From the IMG/VR virus record IMGVR_UViG_3300011116_000184, positions 1 to 31,143 of that record: DNA of 31,143 bases; one strand, written 5' to 3'. Below the pieces are notes generated by a model. It ran no database searches. It saw only the letters and a program-made list of their open reading frames with translations, and had not been told where the DNA came from. Both the position numbers and the translations under genes were made by a program. Of the stretch, positions 1-7,650 are shown in pieces. The DNA is from a virus. Taxonomy: Duplodnaviria > Caudoviricetes. Positions within the stretch are counted from its first letter, which is position 1, and the number at the start of each line of letters is the position of its first letter.

Positions 1-670
1 GAGCATTAGTTGTAAAAGCAGTTGGCTCAGTTGCATAAACAACCTTTACAGTTCTGCCTGGGGTGATGTAATCACCAATAGTTACTGTTTGCACATCATC
101 AGTTGAGGCATATCCAAAGGCTGTAGGCTCGGCAAAGGAATCAAAAGACCAACGTCTTACTGGTATCCATTCTTTAGATGGACCAACTTCTTGCCACATA
201 ATTGTTAAAATATTATCTATGTTTAAATTAGCAAATGCATAGGTAGTAATTGCTGCATTATAAGTAAATGAAGTATCTCCTACTGCAAATATAGAAGCAC
301 CCATTGCTTTAATGGTGTCATTAACTGCACGTTTAATTACAAAACGTGGGAAGGTAGGGGAGATAGTAACCTTAGTATCTGGGTTATGAAGCGCAGCAGT
401 AGTGCCTAAATAACCACGGCCATACGGGGCTACAGTGGCTGTATTAGCCACACGGTCAAATGAGTCTACCCATAATAACTCTTCATCAATCTCAACAATA
501 CCCTTACCTAAATTCTCAGTAGAGCCTAAGTATAAAACTGTAGGTGATGTAGATGATGACGTTAAGGTAGAAACAGCACTACTTAAGTGAGTTGCTCTAT
601 CCTGTTGGTATGTATATCCAGCAAGGTTAATCTGGATTTCATCCATTATGTTCGATAGGGTAGTTGTCAT
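1..670 (-). CDS. Virion structural protein, possibly head-tail adaptor/tail protein (runs off window start)
   Basis: Manual translation from ATG at 670 with AAGGAAG SD: MTTTLSNIMDEIQINLAGYTYQQDRATHL...PRFVIKRAVNDTIKAM..., open to position 1; function inferred from position downstream of capsid. Confidence 0.75.
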   Translation of the reverse strand, partial: MTTTLSNIMDEIQINLAGYTYQQDRATHLSSAVSTLTSSSTSPTVLYLGSTENLGKGIVEIDEELLWVDSFDRVANTATVAPYGRGYLGTTAALHNPDTKVTISPTFPRFVIKRAVNDTIKAMGASIFAVGDTSFTYNAAITTYAFANLNIDNILTIMWQEVGPSKEWIPVRRWSFDSFAEPTAFGYASTDDVQTVTIGDYITPGRTVKVVYATEPTAFTTNA

Positions 671-681
671 ATCTTCCTTTA

Positions 682-1416
682 TTATCTAGGTGTAATGATT
701 TTCTTGTTGGGTGTAATTAACTTTGATTCTTCTTTAGGCTTACCAAAGAATGCTTTGTAATAATGTTCATCAAATGAGAACCGCTTCATATGGGGCACAG
801 TTGCTCCAGTATGACAATAGACTGGAATCTCAGCCTTATCACATAAAGCAAAGAAGAATATATCTTCTCCCATAAATTTAGTTCCTCTACCTATTTCCAT
901 AAATACTTGACCATCAGGTCCAGCCTCACGAACTTTAGGTACAATACTACGATGCATTAGGATAAATCCCATACCTGCTGCATCTACCTTGATTAATTGA
1001 TTCTCTGGTAGTGGGTGTACTCTAGTTATACCTATTCCACCATCACCATCATTAACAAAACTGTATACTGTAGGCATTGGAATCATCAAAGGTTCCTCTG
1101 GGTTATCTGTAGTAAAATATACTCCAGTAATTAACGGACGCTTTTCAGCATCTCTGTTATCCCACAATAACTTAAACTTTTCTGGACTAATAACTACATC
1201 TGAGTCTACCCATAGTAGCCACTCATAATCAGTCTTGTCATACCAATAATCAATTACTGTCTGTCGCTGTCTAGCAATCTGGTTGCCTTGACTTCTTAGT
1301 GATGTAGCAAACTCTATGCCAGACTTTAACATTACATCTGTTACGCCTTGCATAAACTTGCCATCTACCATTCCATTGTCGCACCAAACTAGTGCAATAG
1401 AATCTTTTTTGCTCAT
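682..1416 (-). CDS. GT-A fold (GT2-like) glycosyltransferase
   Basis: IARQRQ..I, WLLWVDSD (DxD motif), VDAAGMGFILMHR, GEDIFF, terminal H motif. Confidence 0.85.
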   Translation of the reverse strand: MSKKDSIALVWCDNGMVDGKFMQGVTDVMLKSGIEFATSLRSQGNQIARQRQTVIDYWYDKTDYEWLLWVDSDVVISPEKFKLLWDNRDAEKRPLITGVYFTTDNPEEPLMIPMPTVYSFVNDGDGGIGITRVHPLPENQLIKVDAAGMGFILMHRSIVPKVREAGPDGQVFMEIGRGTKFMGEDIFFFALCDKAEIPVYCHTGATVPHMKRFSFDEHYYKAFFGKPKEESKLITPNKKIITPR

Positions 1417-1430
1417 AGTCCCCTATGTCT

Positions 1431-1667
1431 CTATCTGTACTTAGCAGCCTTCTTGGCTATTGATTTAGGTTGTTTAACAAACTGTTTGCCCTTAGCATTA
1501 CCTGCAGCCTTGGCTTTATTAGTAGCAGCCTTTTCAGCAGGACTTAATGCAGCCCAAGCCTTTTCAGGTAAATATCTTTTCTTACCCTTAGATGGTTTAC
1601 CATCAGAAGTTTTCCACTTCTGTGCAGTCCAGTCCTTCAAAGATTTCTGAGATTTAGCAAGTGCCAT
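1431..1667 (-). CDS. Small basic protein, C-terminal half of a DUF5872-like protein
   Basis: QKSLKDWTAQKWKTSDGKPS..RYLPEKAW..LSPAEKAATN..KQFVKQP; TAATG overlap with upstream ORF; family recalled from memory. Confidence 0.7.
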   Translation of the reverse strand: MALAKSQKSLKDWTAQKWKTSDGKPSKGKKRYLPEKAWAALSPAEKAATNKAKAAGNAKGKQFVKQPKSIAKKAAKYR

Positions 1668-1855
1668 TACTTGTAACCTCCGCCTGCTTTCTTATATTGC
1701 ACAGCAAGTAATTGTGCTTTACGGGCTGACCATTCTCCTGGGTCTCCACCTTTAGAACCAGCCTTAATCTTCTTGAATAATGCTGCTCTCATACCAGGCT
1801 TGGTGTAATTACCAGCAGCATTTACTTTAGACTTAGTCTTTTTCTTTGCTACCAT
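1667..1855 (-). CDS. Small basic protein, N-terminal half of a DUF5872-like protein
   Basis: NYTKPGMR..KIKAGSKGGDPGEWSARKAQLLAVQYKKAGGGYK; start moved to ATG at 1855 (MVAKKK), overlapping the upstream stop. Confidence 0.7.
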   Translation of the reverse strand: MVAKKKTKSKVNAAGNYTKPGMRAALFKKIKAGSKGGDPGEWSARKAQLLAVQYKKAGGGYK

Positions 1856-2115
1856 TTTACTTTGTCCGCCCAATATGCTGCAGACATTTTGCCTTTAGCA
1901 ATGTTCTTAGCATGACGTGCTTTAAATGATTTTTGTCTAGCAGTAGGTTGTCTATCTCCAGTTACACCTTGCTGTCCAAATCTAATAGTCTTTACTTGAC
2001 TACCTTCTTTGGCAACAACTACATGTGATTTAGTTGGATGATTAGGAGTACGCTTTGGTTTATTAAAACCAGATACTCCAGCCCTAGCGAGTCTTGAGTC
2101 CTTCTTGCTTGCCAT
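1849..2115 (-). CDS. Small basic phage protein
   Basis: 88 aa, K/R-rich, KTIRFGQQG...RQKSFKARH...SAAYWA motif; GGGG SD upstream. Confidence 0.75.
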   Translation of the reverse strand: MASKKDSRLARAGVSGFNKPKRTPNHPTKSHVVVAKEGSQVKTIRFGQQGVTGDRQPTARQKSFKARHAKNIAKGKMSAAYWADKVKW

Positions 2116-2236
2116 ATTCCCCTTGCTTTCCTAGTACTTGTCTAACTATGCCATTCTTGCCAATACGCACAACAAATCCGTTTTTAATCTGTATTGGATT
2201 AAATCCATCATGTCGTTTGTATTGGCCAGATGACAT
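2084..2236 (-). CDS. 50-aa hypothetical protein (not in ORF track)
   Basis: MSSGQYKRHDGFNPIQIKNGFVVRIGKNGIVRQVLGKQGEYGKQEGLKTR; TAATG coupling to upstream ORF at 2236. Confidence 0.65.
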   Translation of the reverse strand: MSSGQYKRHDGFNPIQIKNGFVVRIGKNGIVRQVLGKQGEYGKQEGLKTR

Positions 2237-2409
2237 TACTTTTTTTTACCCTTTACTTTTAATAAGTTTGGATTTTTTTTCTTTGCTGACTTACTTGCTT
2301 TTCTTGCACCTGCAGCCAAAATAGCGCCAGCACCTTCCATAGAGATTCCTTGTTTTTTTGCAATTTGTTTCTGGGCTGCTTTAAAGCCCATTCCTTTTTT
2401 TGCTTTCAT
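2236..2409 (-). CDS. 57-aa Lys/Ala-rich protein (not in ORF track)
   Basis: MKAKKGMGFKAAQKQIAKKQGISMEGAGAILAAGARKASKSAKKKNPNLLKVKGKKK; TAATG overlaps at both ends. Confidence 0.7.
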   Translation of the reverse strand: MKAKKGMGFKAAQKQIAKKQGISMEGAGAILAAGARKASKSAKKKNPNLLKVKGKKK

Positions 2410-2612
2410 TATCTAGCCCTGTATACGCCAGCAGTTGTACGTGTTCCTGGTATAAACATTCCTGGATATTTTTCTTCAAGTGCTTTTTTAGCAGCAGCAT
2501 CTGCTGCAGCCACACCTTCAGGAGATATTCGTTTTTGATTTTCTTTAAGAGTCTCTTCACGCTTTTGACTCTCTGATAATTTTGGTTTAGGCTTTGGCTT
2601 AGGAGTAGCCAT
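2409..2612 (-). CDS. 67-aa hypothetical protein with PKPKPKPK N-terminus
   Basis: ORF track; fills gap exactly between coupled neighbours. Confidence 0.7.
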   Translation of the reverse strand: MATPKPKPKPKLSESQKREETLKENQKRISPEGVAAADAAAKKALEEKYPGMFIPGTRTTAGVYRAR

Positions 2613-2613
2613 G

Positions 2614-2763
2614 TTACTTCTTTTTGCCCATCTTCTTCATACCCTTTTTCATTTCCATCATCTTTTCAGATTTGGATTCCATCTTCTCACCCTTAGCATA
2701 AGCCTTGGCTGCAGCCTTTCCTTTGGCTGTGTATGGAAACTTTTTCTTTCCTACTTTTGGCAT
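2614..2763 (-). CDS. 49-aa Lys/Met-rich protein (not in ORF track)
   Basis: MPKVGKKKFPYTAKGKAAAKAYAKGEKMESKSEKMMEMKKGMKKMGKKK; GAGG SD, TAATG overlap at 2763. Confidence 0.7.
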   Translation of the reverse strand: MPKVGKKKFPYTAKGKAAAKAYAKGEKMESKSEKMMEMKKGMKKMGKKK

Positions 2764-3074
2764 TACATTCCTACCTCTCGCATTGTGTTGGCTACCCGTT
2801 GGTCAATTTTCTGAGCCGCTGGCATAGTGTTTGCATCATATGGTTTGTTTAACTTCTCAGAGGCTTCCCGTGCTGCATTGATTTGCCGCCAAGTTGTCCC
2901 TCCTGGTTGGATACCTTCGGCTCTTGCAGCACGATAAGCAGCCAATTCTCCGTCCCATTTTTTCTGGGCTATTGGTTTTCTAGCATCCCCTGGGGCTAAC
3001 TCAAGGGTACTAATCTTGCAACCAAAACATCCTTCTACAAACTCTGGATGTGTTCTTTCTTGATGTAAACTCAT
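2763..3074 (-). CDS. Hypothetical protein with N-terminal HxxxxH-CxxC motif
   Basis: HQERTHPEFVEGCFGCK; ATGA overlap with upstream gene. Confidence 0.75.
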   Translation of the reverse strand: MSLHQERTHPEFVEGCFGCKISTLELAPGDARKPIAQKKWDGELAAYRAARAEGIQPGGTTWRQINAAREASEKLNKPYDANTMPAAQKIDQRVANTMREVGM

Positions 3075-3340
3075 AGTGCTGTAAAGTTGGCTGAAGTAAC
3101 ACCTACACCACCAGCAATTAATGCTGTCCTAGTTGCATCATTTACTATATGGTTATAACCACCACGATAAAATTCATCATAATCTGCTATATCTTCATCT
3201 ACTGGGTATCTTACTTGAGAGTAAGTACCGCCAGATTTAGCAATACTAATACCTCTATCTAATTTATAAAAATAAAACAATCTATGTCTACCTGCTGGTC
3301 CCTCACGGACTGTAGGTGTTTTAAATATATAATCCGCCAT
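3071..3340 (-). CDS. Hypothetical virion-module protein
   Basis: Start revised to ATG at 3340 (MADYIFKTP) with AAGGAG SD; the longer track start lies inside a hairpin. Confidence 0.75.
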   Translation of the reverse strand: MADYIFKTPTVREGPAGRHRLFYFYKLDRGISIAKSGGTYSQVRYPVDEDIADYDEFYRGGYNHIVNDATRTALIAGGVGVTSANFTAL

Positions 3341-3362
3341 TATTCTCCTTAATGAACTTACT

Positions 3363-3404
3363 GTTAGGCACTGCAACGTATTCGCCGTATAAGCAGTGCC
3401 CAAC
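3363..3404 (-). promoter_or_regulatory. Hairpin after capsid gene (attenuator, processing or stabilising element)
   Basis: mRNA sense GUUGGGCACUGC/GCAGUGCCUAAC 12-bp stem with one G-U pair; no U tract. Confidence 0.55.
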
Positions 3405-3414
3405 CGTCAATCAA

Positions 3415-4368
3415 CTAAGCGATTGAAGAACCTGATTCGATTCTGTATAGAGCCTCTTCACGGTAGCGTGCAAAGCCAAGTACGCCATACCAACCCATTG
3501 GGCGATGACGCATTAACTTGTCAACTACTGGTCCGATAACTGTATGTGGCTCTTCAGCCACTGCCTCAGCAAGTGCTTGCTGTCCGCAAATAATTGTGCG
3601 GTAGTTACGTGCTGATGATGCACCGTCTGTAGCGTTATACATACGTGGAGTCTCAATGAAGTATGCTCCACCATATACTCCGATTTCTCCAGCCCATAGA
3701 CGGTCTTGTGTTGAACCGTATTGGTTTGGTACTAACCAGTTACCTGTGTCAGTAGCAAGACGGAAATCGTGAGATACCTCTGGGTGGATTCCAGCCCAGA
3801 AGTTTGAACCCTTACGAGGTACGGCTTTGTTAGCACGTAGTTTTGCAACTGCCTTTAGAACGTTAGCAGAACTTAGAGTTGCTGCTGCAGTAATTGTTGC
3901 AGTTGAAGTTGCTGTTGAACCTGAGTAAATTACGTTTGAACCGCCACGCAATGTTGTCATTGCTATGGAGTCAATAGAATCTGCTAGGTTGAACGCAATA
4001 ATGTTTGCGATTGCAGGGTCTACATCTGCCAATGAGAATAACTCAAGAGCACGAGTTACCAACACTGAGTTACCATACTCGTTAAGAGTAATGGTTACTG
4101 AGGTTGGTGTAGACATTGCCACTGCATCTGGGTCAGCATCCTCAGTGAGGGCTGTAGTTGCAACGGCTAGGTCAACGTACTTCTGTAGAACTACTGTTGA
4201 ACCTGGAATTGCTTGGCGTGCTGGACGCTTGTCTGCGACTGAACGAATTAGTGGTTCAGAACGGAGAGCAAACTCTAGAAGACGGTCATACGCCTTCTGT
4301 ACTAAACCAGCATTACCAGCGGTACCACCTAAAGAGGCAGAACCTGTTGATACGTAGGCATTAGCCAT
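3415..4368 (-). CDS. Major capsid protein (N4-gp56-like family)
   Basis: 317 aa; PGSTVVLQKY, LTEDADP, VTITLNEYGN, IHPEVSHDFR, GEIGVYGGAYFIET, DKLMRHRPMGWYG; GGAGG SD; follows scaffold. Confidence 0.92.
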   Translation of the reverse strand: MANAYVSTGSASLGGTAGNAGLVQKAYDRLLEFALRSEPLIRSVADKRPARQAIPGSTVVLQKYVDLAVATTALTEDADPDAVAMSTPTSVTITLNEYGNSVLVTRALELFSLADVDPAIANIIAFNLADSIDSIAMTTLRGGSNVIYSGSTATSTATITAAATLSSANVLKAVAKLRANKAVPRKGSNFWAGIHPEVSHDFRLATDTGNWLVPNQYGSTQDRLWAGEIGVYGGAYFIETPRMYNATDGASSARNYRTIICGQQALAEAVAEEPHTVIGPVVDKLMRHRPMGWYGVLGFARYREEALYRIESGSSIA

Positions 4369-4402
4369 TTGTCACCTCCAAGTGACTATGAACGGAATTA
4401 AA

Positions 4403-4870
4403 TTATTGTGACCGCAATAATGCAATGAGTTCATCAGCGGATTGAGCATTGTCAATCTTTGTGTTGAAGTCTTGCTCACGGTCTGGTGTAACCGCACCTT
4501 GAGTAACTACATCCTGTTGGCGTAGAGCCGCAAGGGATGCGTTATCTGCATTAGACTGAGCAGGAACATTTATTCCAAACAAATCTGCGTTATCATCAAG
4601 CCAGTTAGAAACTGTCTCTTCGCTAACATCATCTAAGTCTTTTAGTACTAGTCTTGCTGCTTTAAGGTTTACACCTTTTTTCTCTAGGACTTCTTTGACG
4701 ACTCGCTCACGCTGCACCTTGGATAAACCCTCAAGTTGCTCAGTAAGTTCCTTGATACGTTTTTCATCTGCACGTTTGGCTTTTCTTAATTTTTTAACTA
4801 AGTCATCACCTTGCAGAGGTGTATCGTTATCTTGGTCTTCGTCTTCGTCTTCCCAGTAATTGTTGCTCAT
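4403..4870 (-). CDS. Capsid scaffolding protein
   Basis: Acidic N-terminus plus coiled coil, directly upstream of capsid gene; start taken at ATG 4870 (MSNNYW). Confidence 0.75.
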   Translation of the reverse strand: MSNNYWEDEDEDQDNDTPLQGDDLVKKLRKAKRADEKRIKELTEQLEGLSKVQRERVVKEVLEKKGVNLKAARLVLKDLDDVSEETVSNWLDDNADLFGINVPAQSNADNASLAALRQQDVVTQGAVTPDREQDFNTKIDNAQSADELIALLRSQ

Positions 4871-4902
4871 AGCAACCACCCTTTCTATTCGTTGATTAGT
4901 TC

Positions 4903-4986
4903 GTAGACCACAGTTCAGTTCGGGGAAACTGGCTGGCTTCTACTACCAGGCTTATACACCTCACGGGGCTGGTATATCCGTGTAGG
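4903..4986 (-). ncRNA. Candidate cis-regulatory structured leader (pseudoknot plus hairpin) of scaffold/capsid genes
   Basis: mRNA sense CACGG/CCGUG stem whose loop UACCAG pairs with downstream CUGGUA; followed by GUAGA/UCUAC, CCA/UGG, CAGUU/AACUG hairpin. Confidence 0.45.
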
Positions 4987-4990
4987 GAAT

Positions 4991-6163
4991 CTATATTTGT
5001 CCTTTAGGACTTTTACTTAATGAAACTTGAGATACTCCAGATGAACCTTTAAAGGCTGCTTTTTCTCGCTGTATTAATTCTTCTTTCTTTCGTTTAGCAC
5101 TTGCAGAACTTTTAAACTGTTCTTCTTCTGCCTGTGTTTGTCCATAAGTAATATTCATTTCATCATATATAGAACTAAGTTTAGTAGCAGTAGGAAGTTC
5201 TTCTGCAATAACTGAGTAACCTTCTCTTGCTTTTGCAAGATTTACTCCATATGTTTGCAAATCTTCAAACCTTGTTAAACCAGTTTCTAACATACCAAAC
5301 TGTTTTGCAGTAGCCCCAATTTCTGCTACCGTAGTTTTTCTTTCTAACTCTGGTAATGTTTCTGCTGGCTTTAAAAAGTAAGAAACAATATCTGTATCAG
5401 TAATAGTTGGATAAAAACTTTTAAGAGTTTTTAAAATTTCTGGGTCAGCATTTTTAACTCTTTTTACTGCAGCATCTATACGTTTAGTTGTTTCAGTTAC
5501 TGATACATTACCACCAATTAATGAACTAAACTGAGCACGAGAGGATAAATTTCCTACACCATACATTTTAAATATTTCTGCATAATCATTTTCTTGTTGT
5601 AAATATTGTGATTCAGATAATGCATTTAAACCAGCACTAATTCTTGCTGCATTACCAGCAAATCTAGCCTTATATGTAGGTAATTCTCTCATATCTAATT
5701 TAAGTTGTTCTGGTCCCATTTTAGCATTAGTTAAACCAGCCTCAATAAATGTATTTAATTCTGCAATTTCTGCATCAGTAAATCCATAAGTTTTTAAAGT
5801 AGCCTTAATAACAGCAAAAGCATCACGCTTTAATGCCATTTCTTTTTCTTCTGCAGCCTTTTTATCTGCTGCTTCTTTTGCTGCTTTTGCTGCTGCAGCG
5901 GCTGCTGCAGCGGCTGCTTCTTCTGCTGCTATTTGTTCTGGAGTTTTACCTGTTACTACTGGTGTTCTTGGTCCACCAGTAAGTGGGTCAATATTTGCAC
6001 CTGGTCCAGTTGGAGCAAAGTATGCATCAGCCTGTGCTTGGTATCTAGCAGATGATGCAGCCCCTGCTTTAGTTGCACCAGCCTTTATCATTCTTTCTAT
6101 ATATGCATCAGGATTTGGTGTATACTCTGGAGTATAAATTTTAGTAACTGGGTCGTATGCCAT
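4991..6163 (-). CDS. Putative internal virion (core/ejection) protein
   Basis: 390 aa, helical, Ala-rich linker; position between portal and scaffold. Confidence 0.65.
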   Translation of the reverse strand: MAYDPVTKIYTPEYTPNPDAYIERMIKAGATKAGAASSARYQAQADAYFAPTGPGANIDPLTGGPRTPVVTGKTPEQIAAEEAAAAAAAAAAKAAKEAADKKAAEEKEMALKRDAFAVIKATLKTYGFTDAEIAELNTFIEAGLTNAKMGPEQLKLDMRELPTYKARFAGNAARISAGLNALSESQYLQQENDYAEIFKMYGVGNLSSRAQFSSLIGGNVSVTETTKRIDAAVKRVKNADPEILKTLKSFYPTITDTDIVSYFLKPAETLPELERKTTVAEIGATAKQFGMLETGLTRFEDLQTYGVNLAKAREGYSVIAEELPTATKLSSIYDEMNITYGQTQAEEEQFKSSASAKRKKEELIQREKAAFKGSSGVSQVSLSKSPKGQI

Positions 6164-7650
6164 TAGCCTACCTTACCGAATGTTTTAAGAAGTGAATTTA
6201 AAAATTGTGCAGCACTTTCATTTGCCGTAGAACTATATCTCCAATTAGGATTTTTTCTAACCAATGTAGTAAAATCTTCTGGACCTAATAATTTTTCTCC
6301 ACTAATTGCTGCTTGAATATCTGGGTCAAAAACATTTATTTCTTTTGCGCTCATATCTAATTCTTTTGCTTTAATTGCTGCAAAATCTGCAATAAAATCT
6401 CCAACACTTATACCAGCGTCTATATATGGAGCAAGGGCTTTATACTTTAATTTAGATGCTTGAGTTAAAGAACGTTTTTGTTCTTCAATAGAACCACCTG
6501 GTCTATTAATTTCTTCAACCTTTGATAGTAGTGTTTCATTACTTAAACGTATACCAGTTTTGTATGAGTGTCCAAGTAATTCAGTATAATAATTACCAAT
6601 TTCTCCACCAGCATCTTGAAGTTTTGTTGGTTCTACTTCTTTAATACCAGTGCTTTTAGCCTTAGTACTACCTCTGGTAATAAGTTTAATACGCATTTCA
6701 AGTCTATCTAAATCTGTTAATTGTGCGTAACTTCTAGTACTTGATACTGATTGTCCAAATGGATTGGTTGTACTAAAACCAGTACTAACTCGTTTTAATT
6801 CTTCTGCATGTAGTTCAATCCAATATTGATTAGCAAGTTTATCTAACTCATTAACTAATTTAGGGTCTCCAACATAATCTTGAACGGTTCTATAAAACTC
6901 TCTTAATGCATCTTCTTTAGTTGTTAATTGACTAGTTCTTGAACTTGTTGAAGTTGGGTCTGCTAGTGGGTCTCTAGTTTGAACAAAGGTTTCAAAAGAA
7001 TACAATTGACCACTTGGGTCAAAATTAGGATTTGTTTTCTTTTGTTCTGCAATTTTTACAGCAGACCTAAAATTATCAACGCTAGTTGCTTGCAATGCTT
7101 TTTTAACAGCAGCCTGAAAACCTAAATCATTTTCTACTACTGGACCACCCGCTAATGATATGGCATAATCTTTTGTAGTTGGATAATAATTTTTTAATTT
7201 TTTCTTGTATGCTTCTTTTGCAATATTAGGTATTCTATTTATATATTCTTCAACCGCTGCATCTAAATCTTGTGCAAAATAACCTTTACCATCTTCACTA
7301 GGCAAAATAATTATTGATTTAGGATTTGGTCTTCCATCTGCCAGTGGCGCACCAGAAATATATGGTTGTCCAGAAATTGAACCTTCTGTTGCCCCAGAGT
7401 TTAATACAAAACTACCATCAAGGAATTTACTCCAATCAAGTTGAACACCTTGAGGAATTGGATTTAAATTTGGGTTTGGTGTTCCACCTGTTGGGTCTGA
7501 TTTAGGACCACTAGATGGAGTTGCATTTGCTGCAGGAGGGTCTGATAATTTATTAGGATTTGGAACATTAGCATGAGTTGGGTCATTTTTATATCCAGTA
7601 CCATCATTAACAAATACCCATTTACCAGATGAATTTTGCGACCAAGTCAT
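6163..7650 (-). CDS. Putative internal virion (core/ejection) protein
   Basis: 495 aa, Pro/Asn-rich N-terminus; stop/start overlaps at both ends. Confidence 0.65.
   Translation of the reverse strand: MTWSQNSSGKWVFVNDGTGYKNDPTHANVPNPNKLSDPPAANATPSSGPKSDPTGGTPNPNLNPIPQGVQLDWSKFLDGSFVLNSGATEGSISGQPYISGAPLADGRPNPKSIIILPSEDGKGYFAQDLDAAVEEYINRIPNIAKEAYKKKLKNYYPTTKDYAISLAGGPVVENDLGFQAAVKKALQATSVDNFRSAVKIAEQKKTNPNFDPSGQLYSFETFVQTRDPLADPTSTSSRTSQLTTKEDALREFYRTVQDYVGDPKLVNELDKLANQYWIELHAEELKRVSTGFSTTNPFGQSVSSTRSYAQLTDLDRLEMRIKLITRGSTKAKSTGIKEVEPTKLQDAGGEIGNYYTELLGHSYKTGIRLSNETLLSKVEEINRPGGSIEEQKRSLTQASKLKYKALAPYIDAGISVGDFIADFAAIKAKELDMSAKEINVFDPDIQAAISGEKLLGPEDFTTLVRKNPNWRYSSTANESAAQFLNSLLKTFGKVG

Noticed and set aside
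2236-2409. Frameshift at the long T/A homopolymers
   Set aside because: Counting the runs gives an intact frame encoding Lys tracts
3965-4364. Antisense ORFs over the capsid gene (and similar shadow ORFs at 1453, 2094, 2611, 13907, 16060, 24581, 25288, 25664, 26537, 29069)
   Set aside because: Opposite-strand shadows of well-supported genes, no recognisable motifs
5860-5935. GCT/GCA-rich repeat as a DNA repeat element
   Set aside because: Explained by the poly-Ala/EAAK linker codons of the 390-aa protein
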